Shown one piece after another: positions 33,799 to 44,275 of a stretch of 64,000 nucleotides of DNA (positions are counted from its first letter, which is position 1; every line of letters begins with the position of its first letter). The notes under the pieces are model-generated. The model did no database searches. It worked only from the letters and a program-made list of their open reading frames with translations, and had not been told where the DNA came from. This DNA comes from Amphiscolops sp. MND2022. Its lineage: Eukaryota. The translations under genes were made by a program, and so were the position numbers. The DNA lies in contig OZ076409.1 in the NCBI GenBank assembly GCA_964187785.1, forward strand, positions 82,710,001 through 82,774,000, written 5' to 3'.

Positions 33799-34078
33799 AT
33801 CCCAAATGGTCCTTTACCTTTTCCGACTTTATGAGACTTCCAAATTCTTAATTTTCGTCAGAAGTCAGGTCTTCTCAATAAATATCCACCAAAAAGTTTC
33901 TTCAATACTATCCGAATTTTTCACGATATATTCGGAGTGAATGCCTTTCACTAAGGAGGTGGAGGTTCAGAAACATTGCGCTCATTACAATACATATGCC
34001 GCAACGAACTAGCAAGATCTTGCTAGTTCGATTAACAGCCAATAGAAACGCGTTATTATTTCTGATACGCGTTACGAG

Positions 34079-34851
34079 TGTAACGGCAAGCAGTTATCGG
34101 TCGCTTAACGCGTTAACAGAGGTGGAGGAACCTGCAGGAATGGGTGGATCGCTCGGGACAGGCGCCCATCGCCACAGATCCATTTTGCCTCCAGGGGTGA
34201 AATACGTCCCGGGGCCGTGGGTGCTTCGACGAATACTGTCCAACCGGTCCTAGTCTTTGATTGCTAATAGTAACGGGCATCTTTCTGACTCTCTAAAGAC
34301 CACCGCTTAACTAGCATATAAAAACTATGCCAAGAATAAGGTAAATTTCCAGTTCCAGGGTGACATGTGAATAAGATCTAAAATTGGGGAATAAGATCTA
34401 AACTAGCGCTAGCGCTACTGAATACAGCCAAAATCACTGAAAATACATGAAAACAGGCACGAATATGGCAAACCACACAGCTAAAAAGCTGGGGCGCAGG
34501 GGCTCCAAGCACCAAACAAGGATCTTTAGGCGAAAAGACTCATTTTTACGGTTTCCGCTACATAGGGTAGCATAATGCTGAAAATCGATAAAACCGGTGT
34601 TAGCACCTCAAAAAGAGTCTATTTTCGGTCGTTCTTGCCGTCTCTGGCTTCTGTCATGGCGGCGCGCCCGTATTTTTGCTCGTTCTTGCTCTTTGTTGTC
34701 GAAGTACCTGCCAATTTCGTGGAAACAGCGAAAAGAGCAATCACATGCTCAGTGCCACGTCACACATCGGATTAGAATTTTTGACAAAATTTCTGAACAT
34801 GTCAAAGTTGCAAAATCGGTTGATATTGCTGTACCAGAGCTTGCCGTTACA
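34079..34851 (-). repeat. 3' LTR of element C
   Basis: Direct repeat of 48669-49441; 4 substitutions seen. Confidence 0.97.
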
Positions 34852-34860
34852 TCACTCCCC
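34852..34860 (-). promoter_or_regulatory. Polypurine tract of element C
   Basis: Minus-strand GGGGAGTGA directly before TGTAAC. Confidence 0.65.
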
Positions 34861-35965
34861 GGGCTTTATGCATGACGTCCCTGTCATGCGGAGAGGCTGG
34901 CATTGAATACATCGCCACCTCATGAGTGCAATCCACGGGGGTCTCAAACTGGTGATGTTGCAACGGTCCAGTGGCACTGTCATCTTTTGCTGATTGGGCA
35001 ACCATGAGGTCTTGCTTCTAGCCATCCAGAGAACCTGCATCGTCCAGAAACTGTTGAAACAGAACTAGCTCGAGAGCTAGAAAACCAGTACTAAAAAATG
35101 CACCTTGAAATTGATCAAATCCAAGATTCCATACATCAATCAAAAAAGCACCACTTTTTTAGCACGAGTTTTCAGTTTTCTGCAAAAGTCTGAATAGGAT
35201 ACTGCTAGCACTTTGGTTTTTGGACGTCTAAAATTTCTTTTACGGAGCGCTCACGCTCCAAAGCGCACGTGGTTCTCAGCAAAACATCTTTTCCACGGCA
35301 ATAAAATTTCTGTTTGCAGCACAGTTAAAAGTTATTTTCGCTAAAACTTCTTTTCAGCAGTAAAACCACTGTTTAAGAGGAAGACAAGCTGTTTCTTTGA
35401 TACTTTTTTTTACAGTTCGGCTTGGTTTGGGCAACACGCACTGATATGCAGCTCCATACCTGTATAGTAGCATCTGTCAAGGAGCGCATCAGAAGCAAAC
35501 TACGAACTGCTCGTAAGAGTAAGCGCTGGAGTAAAGCAGACAAAGAAAGATCAAATTTTGCTATTTGTAGATCAGGAGCGCGCGCACTCCTTATTTTTCC
35601 GGATATCACGTTGGACTCTGGAGGAAACTTCTGGAAATCTTGGAAAAGAAAAACAAAAATAGCACCTTTCGGGCGTAGCAATACATGTAGAGTTTTTGGG
35701 TTATTTATTGCACTGGGGCTCCCCGGGCTTTAATCGTTGAGCACCTTCCTTGATATCAGGATAGCAACAACTAACAAAAAATGCGAAGAAAATGCGAGAG
35801 GATGGATTGGGCGTTGAAGACACCCCTTCCCCCTTGAAAAGAAGTGGAGTGTGGTTCTGGCAATGGATTTCAACGCATGCTATTAGAAGGTAACAAGCAA
35901 CGCGTATTAAGCATGAGAAACCAAGATAGCAGATAGAAAATTAACAAAAAAATTTTACCTTGAAG

Positions 35966-38900
35966 CTAAGTGATGCCAGGAAATTGTTCTATACTGGCAA
36001 TGGAGACATAGACGCGATCATGCAGAAATACAGTGATATCAGTTCCTGCAAAAACGTCCATGACACTATGATAAAAATTGTCCAAACTGCGAAGTGGGCG
36101 TTCAGGGTCCACTATAGGGAAGTGAATATCAGGGGTTTCGTTGGATAATAATGAAGCTTTCAAGTGCTCCAAGCATAAGAAAAAGTCATCGGTGATTTGT
36201 GGTGAAAGCTGGGAGGGGCGTGTTATCATTAGGTGAATAACTTGATTATCCATAAAAGACAAGGAGGATGGGATAGTTAGGACTTCACCAACTGTTGGGC
36301 GAAGTTGGAATATTTTGTCGCTGCCACACTCGCGAAGAATGTAGCGCAAGGCAACAGAATTGGTATTAAGGTCTGCAGGGCAGCAAATTGCTACGTGGCC
36401 CTGCACTTGCAAGAAATCAGTTTGGTCGTAAACAATGTAGTCGACCAATTTTGGTCGTAGGGCACCAGGAAACACAATCTGACGTCCTGGACCTTTTTCA
36501 TCAGCTGGGTCTATATGGTTCTGTCCACGAATAGCAGATAGATCCTGCCATACGTACCTCGACAGGGACTGATTATTCACATTTGCTGTTGACCATGAAT
36601 CCAGGATACCAAGTGCAGTGTGGATTGTTACAGGCTCGGTGAAGGAATGGGTCCAATCATCCAAAAGGCGGATACGAGGGAAGCTGGCGAACAAAGTGAT
36701 AATCAGCTCTAGCCACCATCGGAACCGTAGTTTTCCACGATAAAGATCAACGATGTGGAAGCACAAAATGAGTTCCTCAGTGACAACAGTCCGCAAACTC
36801 TCTAGACAGCTCCGCAAGCTGTCAGGCTGGACCAAAGAGTGAGCATGTGGGGCAGTCACCAGCAACCACCAATATTGGGCTGGGCAATACACTTCACCAG
36901 GCTGACAGGTGATGCCGTATTTGTCAGATAGGAGGTCAGCAGTGATACAGCGGACCATTTGGATGGGTTCCCTCTCATAATTGAAAGGTCCAAATACAAT
37001 GTTAGGAGTGACAGGAGGCACTGTGACGGCAAGTGTGAATTCCAATCCGCGGAGATCGCTTGTCCACTCCTTGAAGCGAGGACAAGGTTCCTCAGCAATC
37101 TTGGATTTAGATAATTCTTCCAGCACGACGTCTACTGGGAAGATACGTTCTCTTTCTAGTCCGGTGTATGTCTTCTCTGCGCGGATGAAAACGCGACTGA
37201 CAAGAAGTTTACCATTGTGGATAAGAGGTTGAGGCTTTGGATCCGCCGGAGCTTTCACAGGTCCAAGTGGGATAGTGGGCGATTTGTTCAGAGCCATGAC
37301 ACAAGTGCAATCGCGAAGCCCACAGGTTCCACATCGATATCGAGGTACTCGATTCCGGCGTAAGCCATAGTGTGTGTTAACCTGCGTTGCGCCTTGGTCA
37401 ACATCGGATGTAAGCTGCGCGGTGGGCGCATCAGAGTCAGAATCCGATGTAATTGATGACTGTGTGTCAATTTCACGAGCTGTTTGCCGTGAAGAAATAG
37501 TGTGTCCTCGTGGCCTCCGAGGAGGTCGTCCTCGAGGACGTCCTCTGCGACTGGGAGTCCTTTGAGCGCGCACGCTCACGTTCTGCGACCGGGAATTTGT
37601 TGCTCGTGTCGTACAACGAGATAGAGCAGCTCGCGATCTGCCCCTGCCGCGCGTGCTAGGGACATTGTTCCGAGCAGTTGGCTCGTTGGTGTTGGATAAC
37701 TCGGTGTCACGGGTTTCAGTGTTTTGGAGGTGGGAGGTACCATTCGGCAATTGGGAAATACTAATAGGCACATCCGTCAATGTAGGATTTGTCAACAGAG
37801 GAGCAGATGTACCCGCTGGTGATACTTCGGCTTCTCCAGTTGCAACGGGAATATCTTGCGATTGAGGTACTTCCGGAATAACTTCAGATTCGGATAAAAA
37901 TGGAAGATCGTAGTCATTGGCAGGTTCAAATGACCGAGGTTGTTCATCGGGAGGCATTGAAGCTTCGAATAGCGCCGGAGGTTCTGCCTGGGAATGATCT
38001 CGGGCATCTGACAGCAAGTCGTCAGAGCGCGAACGCTCTGGGTCGGAACTGGAATAATCAAATTGCTGATAGTGGAGACGACTGCCTCCAGCTCGCATTC
38101 TAGTACGCAACCTGGTGTCCATCCAATGGCGTCTCCTTGATGGTAGCGATACATCTGATGCTTCAGAGAGCGGTTCTTCCTCGCGATATGAGGGTTGTGA
38201 GCAGTCATCTCGGATCTCCTCAGCAGAGTGCTCAGGCTCAGGGTCCATGACAACGACCACTTCGCCACTCCCCGAGGGAAGCGCAACAAACTCCGTAGGG
38301 CCACCATGATGAGGTTTCAGACGCTCAAAGTGCACTTTTTGTCCTGAGTCCAGGATATACACGCGGCCATCTTGTAGTACATGGACAACCTTGTGCGGAC
38401 CACGCCAAGCTCTCATCAACTTCGGTGATCCTTTTTGAGGTACATAGCGGCAGAATACCCAAACGGGGTCTCCCACATTGTATGCGTTTGCACGAATAGC
38501 TCGATCATATTTTAGCTTTTGACGTTGTTGCGCCTGATGCGTGTTTTTACGCACCAAGTCATGAATCTCTTGCTGGCGAGCAAGAATATGCTCCACATAA
38601 GCTCCATGCGATTCAAATGATCTGGCTGCGAACTCCGGATACAGATAGGTGAGAGGAATAGCCTTTTCGGTCCCTCGGGTCAGCATGTAGGGTGAAAACC
38701 CAGTCGTGGCATGGCGCGTTGAGTTATACGCTCCCATGACTTCATCCAAATGCTGGTCCCAATCTCTCATGCGACGCGAGCAAAATACCCGCAACAAAGT
38801 CAGCAAAGTCCGATTTTGTCGTTCAACCAGGCCTTGGGTGCGCGGATGACCCGCCGTAGAGGTAACTTTTGTGACCTGAGATGCCCTCATGAACTCATTG

Positions 38901-41692
38901 GATACCTCTGCAGTCAAGTTGGGGGCATTGTCTGATTGCATCCGCGTAGGCGTGCCGTGTCTGGCAAACCATTTCTGCAAAAGCAACCTAGACGTGGTCA
39001 CGGCATCGTAGTCTTCATGGCTGCAGGGTACAGCCTCCGCAAACTTGGAGAAATGGTCAATTATCACCAATATGCCGGTGTTATTGTTATCGGAGGGGCA
39101 TATTTTCAGATGGTCATACTGGACCAGTTCATTGAAATACCCACTTTGGATGTTTTTCAAGTGAAACCGAACGTCTCCCGGCCTGTCACGTACTTGCTGG
39201 CACGTGAGGCACTGACTCACGTACTGACCAACGCTGCGGCGAATACCTGGCCAGGTGTGGCGTTCCTGGATTCGCGAAACCACCTTTGCAATGCCTTGGT
39301 GGCCCATGGCATCATGAGCACGAAACAAAATTTCATGCTGGTACAATTGTGGCATTACAATCATGCACGGACGTTCGTGCAATGGACGTTGCTGAGGTGG
39401 ATACTTAACACAAAGAATTCCATTTTTGTTTACAAACAGATCTTTTTTCTGCTTGTAATAGTTACGTGCGAACGCACGCACGTCGTCAGGAAAAATGTCA
39501 TGATCAATAGACTCTTGTGCTACCAACTTCTTTATGGCTAGAACATGCACATCACGATTCTGCGCCAAAAGCAAATCCTTGATGCCATGCACTGTGTTGG
39601 CATGTTCATGAAGTTCCGTGTCTAAGTCTTTGATGGCTAGGGCAGCTTGCCTAACCACCGTTGGAGCGGAAGCCATGGCTTGCTCCACTGTTTCGTCAAG
39701 GGCATATGTCATGCGTGAGGGGATATTTGCCACATGTGTAGGCAGCAAGTAATCTTGCCTAGCCTCTTCAGTGACGTCAATCCAGTCCTCAGGATAATCT
39801 GGATAGAAGTCTTCGTGAGCTTGCAATGTAGGCACTGGTGCCTCAGGTAGAGGAGCGCGTAGCGCCCTCTCCCTTTTCTCAGCGGCCTGACGGCGCTTAC
39901 GCCGTCGTGCAACACGACAAACTGCATTTGTGGGGTCTGGTTTAGTGTTCCGCAAGTGAGCGGGCAATTGGGGGTGATTTGGTATCACCCGACCATGCAA
40001 ATCGAACCAAGGTGCAATGGGCAGCTGGTCAAACTCCTCCTGTGAGAGGAAATTCCATTTGTCTGTCACAGCTGGCAGCTTCTCGAGCTGCTTCTCTCGC
40101 CACCGATAATCATTGGTTCGTTTACTGAGGCCATCGGCATTTCTATGCTGTGTCCTGGGACGATGCTCCACTTTGAAATGGTACTTCTCGAGTGCCATAA
40201 TCCATCGTCCAATCAAGGCCTGATCAGTGGAATACGTTTTGAGCCAAGAGAGAGCTTGATTGTCAACCCGAAGGATGAACTTTCTGGAGCAGAGATAACT
40301 GTGATTCTTCAAGATGAAATAATAAGCTGCGTACATTTCAAGCTTGGGAGCGCCATACTTCGCTTGAGTGGCATTCAACTTCTTGCTACCATACACAATT
40401 GGTCTCAGGCGCTTTTCGCCCGGAGGACCCTGCCACTGATGCAAAATGCCGGAAATTACAACAGCACTGGCATCAGTGTCCAGCACAAATTCGCCCTCCG
40501 AGTCCGGTTGCGCCAAGGCAGTTGCCTCAATCAAAGCCAATTTGACGGCGTTGAAAGCCTGTTGCTGCTCATCCCCCCAGGCGAAAGTCGCGCCCAGGCC
40601 GGTAATAGCATGCAAGGGAGCCACAAGCTTGGCGTGCCAAGGAATAAACTCTCGATAATAGTTGGCGAAGCCCAAAAAGCTTTGCATCTCTGTTTTGTTC
40701 CTCGGTACTTCCCAATTGCGTAGTTTTGCTACTGCTTTAGGATCAGGTTTGATACCTTCGGCAGAGACCACACGTCCCAAGTACTTGATTTCCGACTTCA
40801 TAAAGTCGCACTTAGCGACTCTCATTTTGAAGCCAGCTTCGCGCAGACATTCAAATACCTCGCGTAAGCGTACCATGTGGTCCTCGACTGTCTCGGTAGC
40901 AATGACGATGTCGTCAATGTACGCCATCACCATGCTTCCTTCCCAGTTCACAATTTTTCGTAGCGCTCGCGCTATGGCTCGCTGGAAAGTAGCTGAAGCG
41001 TTACACATCCCAAAGGGCATACGTCTCCACTCAAACAAACCCAGCTCGCAAGCAAAGGCCGTTTTCTGCCTATCTGCTTTGCGCACTGGTATCTGCCAGA
41101 AAGCCCAGGCCAAATCAATACTGGTGTAATTCTTGGCCTTACCCAAGCGTGAAAGGCTTTCATCGATGCGTGGGAGGGGATACGCGTCCTTTATTGTGAC
41201 AGCGTTGAGGGGGCGAAAGTCGCAGCAGAACCGCAACTCCCCATTTTTCTTTTTTACCATCACAATTCCACTCGCCCAAGGTGATAGCGAAGGTTGGATC
41301 ATGCCCAAAGCCAGGAGATTGCGTACTTCTTGATTAGCGCGCTCCGCCTTGTCAGGCGACATTCTTCTCGCGCCTTCACGGTGCGGTGTAGCCCCAGGCT
41401 CCAACTCAACAGGATGCTTGGCTATTGTGCAGCGACCAATGTCTGCTTTGTGCTTCATGAATAGGTCATCAAATTCCGTAAGGATGTTGTTCAGCGAGTC
41501 GCGGGCAGTCTTCCCCCACAACTTTTGTACCTCCTCTAACTGAGATTCGGGTCCAGGAATAGGGGCCAAGAGATCAGGGTCAGTGCGCTTTCTGATCTCG
41601 CGCTCTGACAACCCCTCCTCCGATGGGTCTGTAGAGGAGAGAAACTCGAACTCCGACGACGACGAACATTTTGAATGCGAGTTCAGGTCCAT
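35966..41692 (-). CDS. pol: Pol: RT, RNase H, integrase plus ~800-aa C-terminal extension (AT-hook, Cys motif, two macrodomain-like units)
   Basis: YIDD RT, LDTDAS RNase H, HHCC plus QYD/QSDN/LVER integrase, WRGPH. Same frame as the upstream gag-PR ORF. Confidence 0.95.
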   Translation of the reverse strand: MDLNSHSKCSSSSEFEFLSSTDPSEEGLSEREIRKRTDPDLLAPIPGPESQLEEVQKLWGKTARDSLNNILTEFDDLFMKHKADIGRCTIAKHPVELEPGATPHREGARRMSPDKAERANQEVRNLLALGMIQPSLSPWASGIVMVKKKNGELRFCCDFRPLNAVTIKDAYPLPRIDESLSRLGKAKNYTSIDLAWAFWQIPVRKADRQKTAFACELGLFEWRRMPFGMCNASATFQRAIARALRKIVNWEGSMVMAYIDDIVIATETVEDHMVRLREVFECLREAGFKMRVAKCDFMKSEIKYLGRVVSAEGIKPDPKAVAKLRNWEVPRNKTEMQSFLGFANYYREFIPWHAKLVAPLHAITGLGATFAWGDEQQQAFNAVKLALIEATALAQPDSEGEFVLDTDASAVVISGILHQWQGPPGEKRLRPIVYGSKKLNATQAKYGAPKLEMYAAYYFILKNHSYLCSRKFILRVDNQALSWLKTYSTDQALIGRWIMALEKYHFKVEHRPRTQHRNADGLSKRTNDYRWREKQLEKLPAVTDKWNFLSQEEFDQLPIAPWFDLHGRVIPNHPQLPAHLRNTKPDPTNAVCRVARRRKRRQAAEKRERALRAPLPEAPVPTLQAHEDFYPDYPEDWIDVTEEARQDYLLPTHVANIPSRMTYALDETVEQAMASAPTVVRQAALAIKDLDTELHEHANTVHGIKDLLLAQNRDVHVLAIKKLVAQESIDHDIFPDDVRAFARNYYKQKKDLFVNKNGILCVKYPPQQRPLHERPCMIVMPQLYQHEILFRAHDAMGHQGIAKVVSRIQERHTWPGIRRSVGQYVSQCLTCQQVRDRPGDVRFHLKNIQSGYFNELVQYDHLKICPSDNNNTGILVIIDHFSKFAEAVPCSHEDYDAVTTSRLLLQKWFARHGTPTRMQSDNAPNLTAEVSNEFMRASQVTKVTSTAGHPRTQGLVERQNRTLLTLLRVFCSRRMRDWDQHLDEVMGAYNSTRHATTGFSPYMLTRGTEKAIPLTYLYPEFAARSFESHGAYVEHILARQQEIHDLVRKNTHQAQQRQKLKYDRAIRANAYNVGDPVWVFCRYVPQKGSPKLMRAWRGPHKVVHVLQDGRVYILDSGQKVHFERLKPHHGGPTEFVALPSGSGEVVVVMDPEPEHSAEEIRDDCSQPSYREEEPLSEASDVSLPSRRRHWMDTRLRTRMRAGGSRLHYQQFDYSSSDPERSRSDDLLSDARDHSQAEPPALFEASMPPDEQPRSFEPANDYDLPFLSESEVIPEVPQSQDIPVATGEAEVSPAGTSAPLLTNPTLTDVPISISQLPNGTSHLQNTETRDTELSNTNEPTARNNVPSTRGRGRSRAALSRCTTRATNSRSQNVSVRAQRTPSRRGRPRGRPPRRPRGHTISSRQTAREIDTQSSITSDSDSDAPTAQLTSDVDQGATQVNTHYGLRRNRVPRYRCGTCGLRDCTCVMALNKSPTIPLGPVKAPADPKPQPLIHNGKLLVSRVFIRAEKTYTGLERERIFPVDVVLEELSKSKIAEEPCPRFKEWTSDLRGLEFTLAVTVPPVTPNIVFGPFNYEREPIQMVRCITADLLSDKYGITCQPGEVYCPAQYWWLLVTAPHAHSLVQPDSLRSCLESLRTVVTEELILCFHIVDLYRGKLRFRWWLELIITLFASFPRIRLLDDWTHSFTEPVTIHTALGILDSWSTANVNNQSLSRYVWQDLSAIRGQNHIDPADEKGPGRQIVFPGALRPKLVDYIVYDQTDFLQVQGHVAICCPADLNTNSVALRYILRECGSDKIFQLRPTVGEVLTIPSSLSFMDNQVIHLMITRPSQLSPQITDDFFLCLEHLKASLLSNETPDIHFPIVDPERPLRSLDNFYHSVMDVFAGTDITVFLHDRVYVSIASIEQFPGIT

Positions 41693-41698
41693 TTCAGA

Positions 41699-44275
41699 TT
41701 AGACCCTGTTGACGAACTCGTTTGGGGAGTCCGACTTTTCGTCACTCTCGCCTTTGTGCGCTAGCGCACATTGGGGAACTGCTTGGTAGACTAGGCGTAC
41801 TGGCGCAGCAGTACCAAGCATGGTGCCGCACTTCACTTTCTGGGCATTGCTTGTCAGATTGCCAACAGAGACATAGAACGAACCTGTCTCTCCAACAGTG
41901 GCTATAGTGTCTTCCACGAATATAGTGTTCTTCAGCAATCGGTTCGGTGTTGCAAAGTTAATCACAAAATTACTGAAAGCAAAAGCTTCCAAGTTCGCAG
42001 TGACCACCTTGGCACGTAGAACAGCACGTTCAAATGGCTGGAGCACAACGTCTTGATCCAAGACTACTGCGCTGGATAAAGCTTCGTCACTGGTCTGGGC
42101 GTGTGCGTGATGCCACACAGGCTTAGCCGGTGCTCGCACCACAATTTTCATGGAGGTCAGATCTACCAGCACGTTGTATGTTCGCAGAAAATTCCTACCC
42201 AGCAAGAAATCTTCCAAGCCATGTGCGTCATCAACGACCACGAAATTTGTTTCGAGTTCATATCCACCAAGTTGGAAGCGCACACGCTCCGCTATTCCAA
42301 AAGTTTTCATCGTCTTCCCATTAGCAGCATACAAGTCGATTCGGTAAGGTTGTAGCGCTACACCTGTCCGCAAGGCTACACGGTTGAAGGCTGAGAAACT
42401 CATGATTGATACGCCTGACCCCGTGTCGACCATTCCTCTCAGTGGAATAGGGTTGGCATCTGGCACTGCAAAAGATACTACGAGCGACGCACGCTCATCT
42501 ATGCGGGCCTCACCTGTGGGCTCCTGCTTGCTGATGCTATAGCAGCGTAATTCATGTGGCCCTAGACACACTCCTTGAGGGAACACATCTACTACCACGC
42601 TAGCATCAAATTTCATGTCCACGCCATCTATGTTGGCATGCACAGGAACTGGGGTGTATGCCGTGCACGTACTAGCTTCGCCTTCAGTATACCATTCTTT
42701 TGGCAGTGGTAAGGAGATCTTTTTGACAGCCGAATTGCTAGCTAACTCCAGCTTCAATTTTTCCAAAGTCAAATCTGGGCGTATTTGTTGCTCCGAGGCC
42801 AGCACTAGGTGTACAGACAATAAAGTCCGGCCACTAGGGTCAAACGTTGTGGACTCCAAACCTGTCTGCACCTGCTTTGTGCCACAGGTGACAGTCAATG
42901 GAGCATTTACGGTGGCTTGGTCAGCTGGACGTAGCATTAATACCCTGCCAGAGGCAGTAGACAGGGTTTGCGTTGCATCCGTTTTCTTCTTTTCTTCGGC
43001 CCTAGGGCTGGAAGTTTCTGACTGGATTGATAATGTTGGACAACCTGCAGACACCTCAGTTGTGCACGATTTCACTGGGACAGCAGGCGCTGGAACCGCT
43101 GCTGCAGCACCTTGCTGGGACTCACTATGTGGGTCAAGAATATGCTCCGGGCGATGCACCACCAGCTTGCGTCTCGCGCAAGCACTCTGCAAGCAGCGCG
43201 CGGATTGCTCTAAGGTTGCGGTCTGTCTGTATTCAGGGGTTGTGTGTACTGACGCAGCCGGCATCGGCAATCGCGCCGACCGGCGTGCAAGTGGTGGCAG
43301 CGATTCATACTGCTGGGTCACTGGTGACCCCGGCACTTGGTCGCTCTGTAGGTACTGATAAGGTACAGTCTCGGTGCACCCTGGGTAACGAGGCTGTTGT
43401 TGGTGACGACTCCTTTGGAGTTCCTGTACAGTGAACCGAAGTGATTCCACGGTAGGTGGGTCGGCTAGATACGCCTCAGTCGCAAACACTACCGTCAGTT
43501 CTCGTTGCAACACGGGATCGCTGACCCCATCCATGAACCGATGCAAGATTTCATAGCGTCGGGTTGTGATAGGCTCATCAGGAAAACCCTGACTCCTCAG
43601 ACCCTCTAATGCATCTAGATACTGCATCAGGCTCTCTTTCTCAAGCTGATTCCGAAACCTGAAAGCCTGCCTCACTGGCCAGCGGCTTTTCCCAGTCCCA
43701 AATCTGCTGGAGAGCAAGGTAGTCACCTTCTCGTGAGAATCCCGTTCGGACTCCGGTTTGTTGATTATAAAAGTCCGAGCTTCATCACCTAAGTGATCGA
43801 TTATCGCCCAGGCCTTGTCGACAGGTGAAGCATTGGAATAAACTCGCTCCAAATACCGTTTCATCACGAGCAACCACTCTTCAACAGTCCCGTCTTTCGA
43901 ACCTCTGTATAAGGTTGGTCGAACAGCGGTTTGATCACGATTGGCAATCAAGGGAGCCAACGCTTTAGTTATAGTTTTGGATATCGCCTCCGTGAATTTC
44001 AACTGTTCGGGAGATATCAATTCATCTTTTGGGTCATCAGTACCATGATTGTCCTCGAGCAACCTGCCTCGATCCCTAGGCAACGTGTGAGCCATGCCCA
44101 TGGTTGCGTTGTTCAAAGATATCGAGGCCGGTTCATCGATTGGTTGTGCTGCGCTGGTCCCCTCTCCCCCCTTCAAAAGGAAGCAGAGGCGTTGGAATTG
44201 TTCCGAAGGTTTCATTCCAGCGTTAGATGTAGCAGAATGTGGCTCAAAGGAGTCTTTCAGCAAACTCGGTAGCAA
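41699..44275 (-). CDS. gag: Gag-protease part of the gag-pol ORF (true start uncertain), ended by an in-frame TAA
   Basis: Capsid-like VRPTLYRGSKDGTVEEWL region and aspartic protease MVDTGSG; homologous to element D 55800-57890. Confidence 0.88.
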   Translation of the reverse strand: MLPSLLKDSFEPHSATSNAGMKPSEQFQRLCFLLKGGEGTSAAQPIDEPASISLNNATMGMAHTLPRDRGRLLEDNHGTDDPKDELISPEQLKFTEAISKTITKALAPLIANRDQTAVRPTLYRGSKDGTVEEWLLVMKRYLERVYSNASPVDKAWAIIDHLGDEARTFIINKPESERDSHEKVTTLLSSRFGTGKSRWPVRQAFRFRNQLEKESLMQYLDALEGLRSQGFPDEPITTRRYEILHRFMDGVSDPVLQRELTVVFATEAYLADPPTVESLRFTVQELQRSRHQQQPRYPGCTETVPYQYLQSDQVPGSPVTQQYESLPPLARRSARLPMPAASVHTTPEYRQTATLEQSARCLQSACARRKLVVHRPEHILDPHSESQQGAAAAVPAPAVPVKSCTTEVSAGCPTLSIQSETSSPRAEEKKKTDATQTLSTASGRVLMLRPADQATVNAPLTVTCGTKQVQTGLESTTFDPSGRTLLSVHLVLASEQQIRPDLTLEKLKLELASNSAVKKISLPLPKEWYTEGEASTCTAYTPVPVHANIDGVDMKFDASVVVDVFPQGVCLGPHELRCYSISKQEPTGEARIDERASLVVSFAVPDANPIPLRGMVDTGSGVSIMSFSAFNRVALRTGVALQPYRIDLYAANGKTMKTFGIAERVRFQLGGYELETNFVVVDDAHGLEDFLLGRNFLRTYNVLVDLTSMKIVVRAPAKPVWHHAHAQTSDEALSSAVVLDQDVVLQPFERAVLRAKVVTANLEAFAFSNFVINFATPNRLLKNTIFVEDTIATVGETGSFYVSVGNLTSNAQKVKCGTMLGTAAPVRLVYQAVPQCALAHKGESDEKSDSPNEFVNRV

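Noticed and set aside
33996..34906. ORFs within the C LTRs
   Set aside because: They are antisense to the element, some cross the LTR boundary into unrelated flanks, and they show no recognisable protein features.
41699..41701. Programmed stop-codon readthrough
   Set aside because: The homologous codon in D is TAT (Tyr), and the stop lies after the protease rather than after gag.
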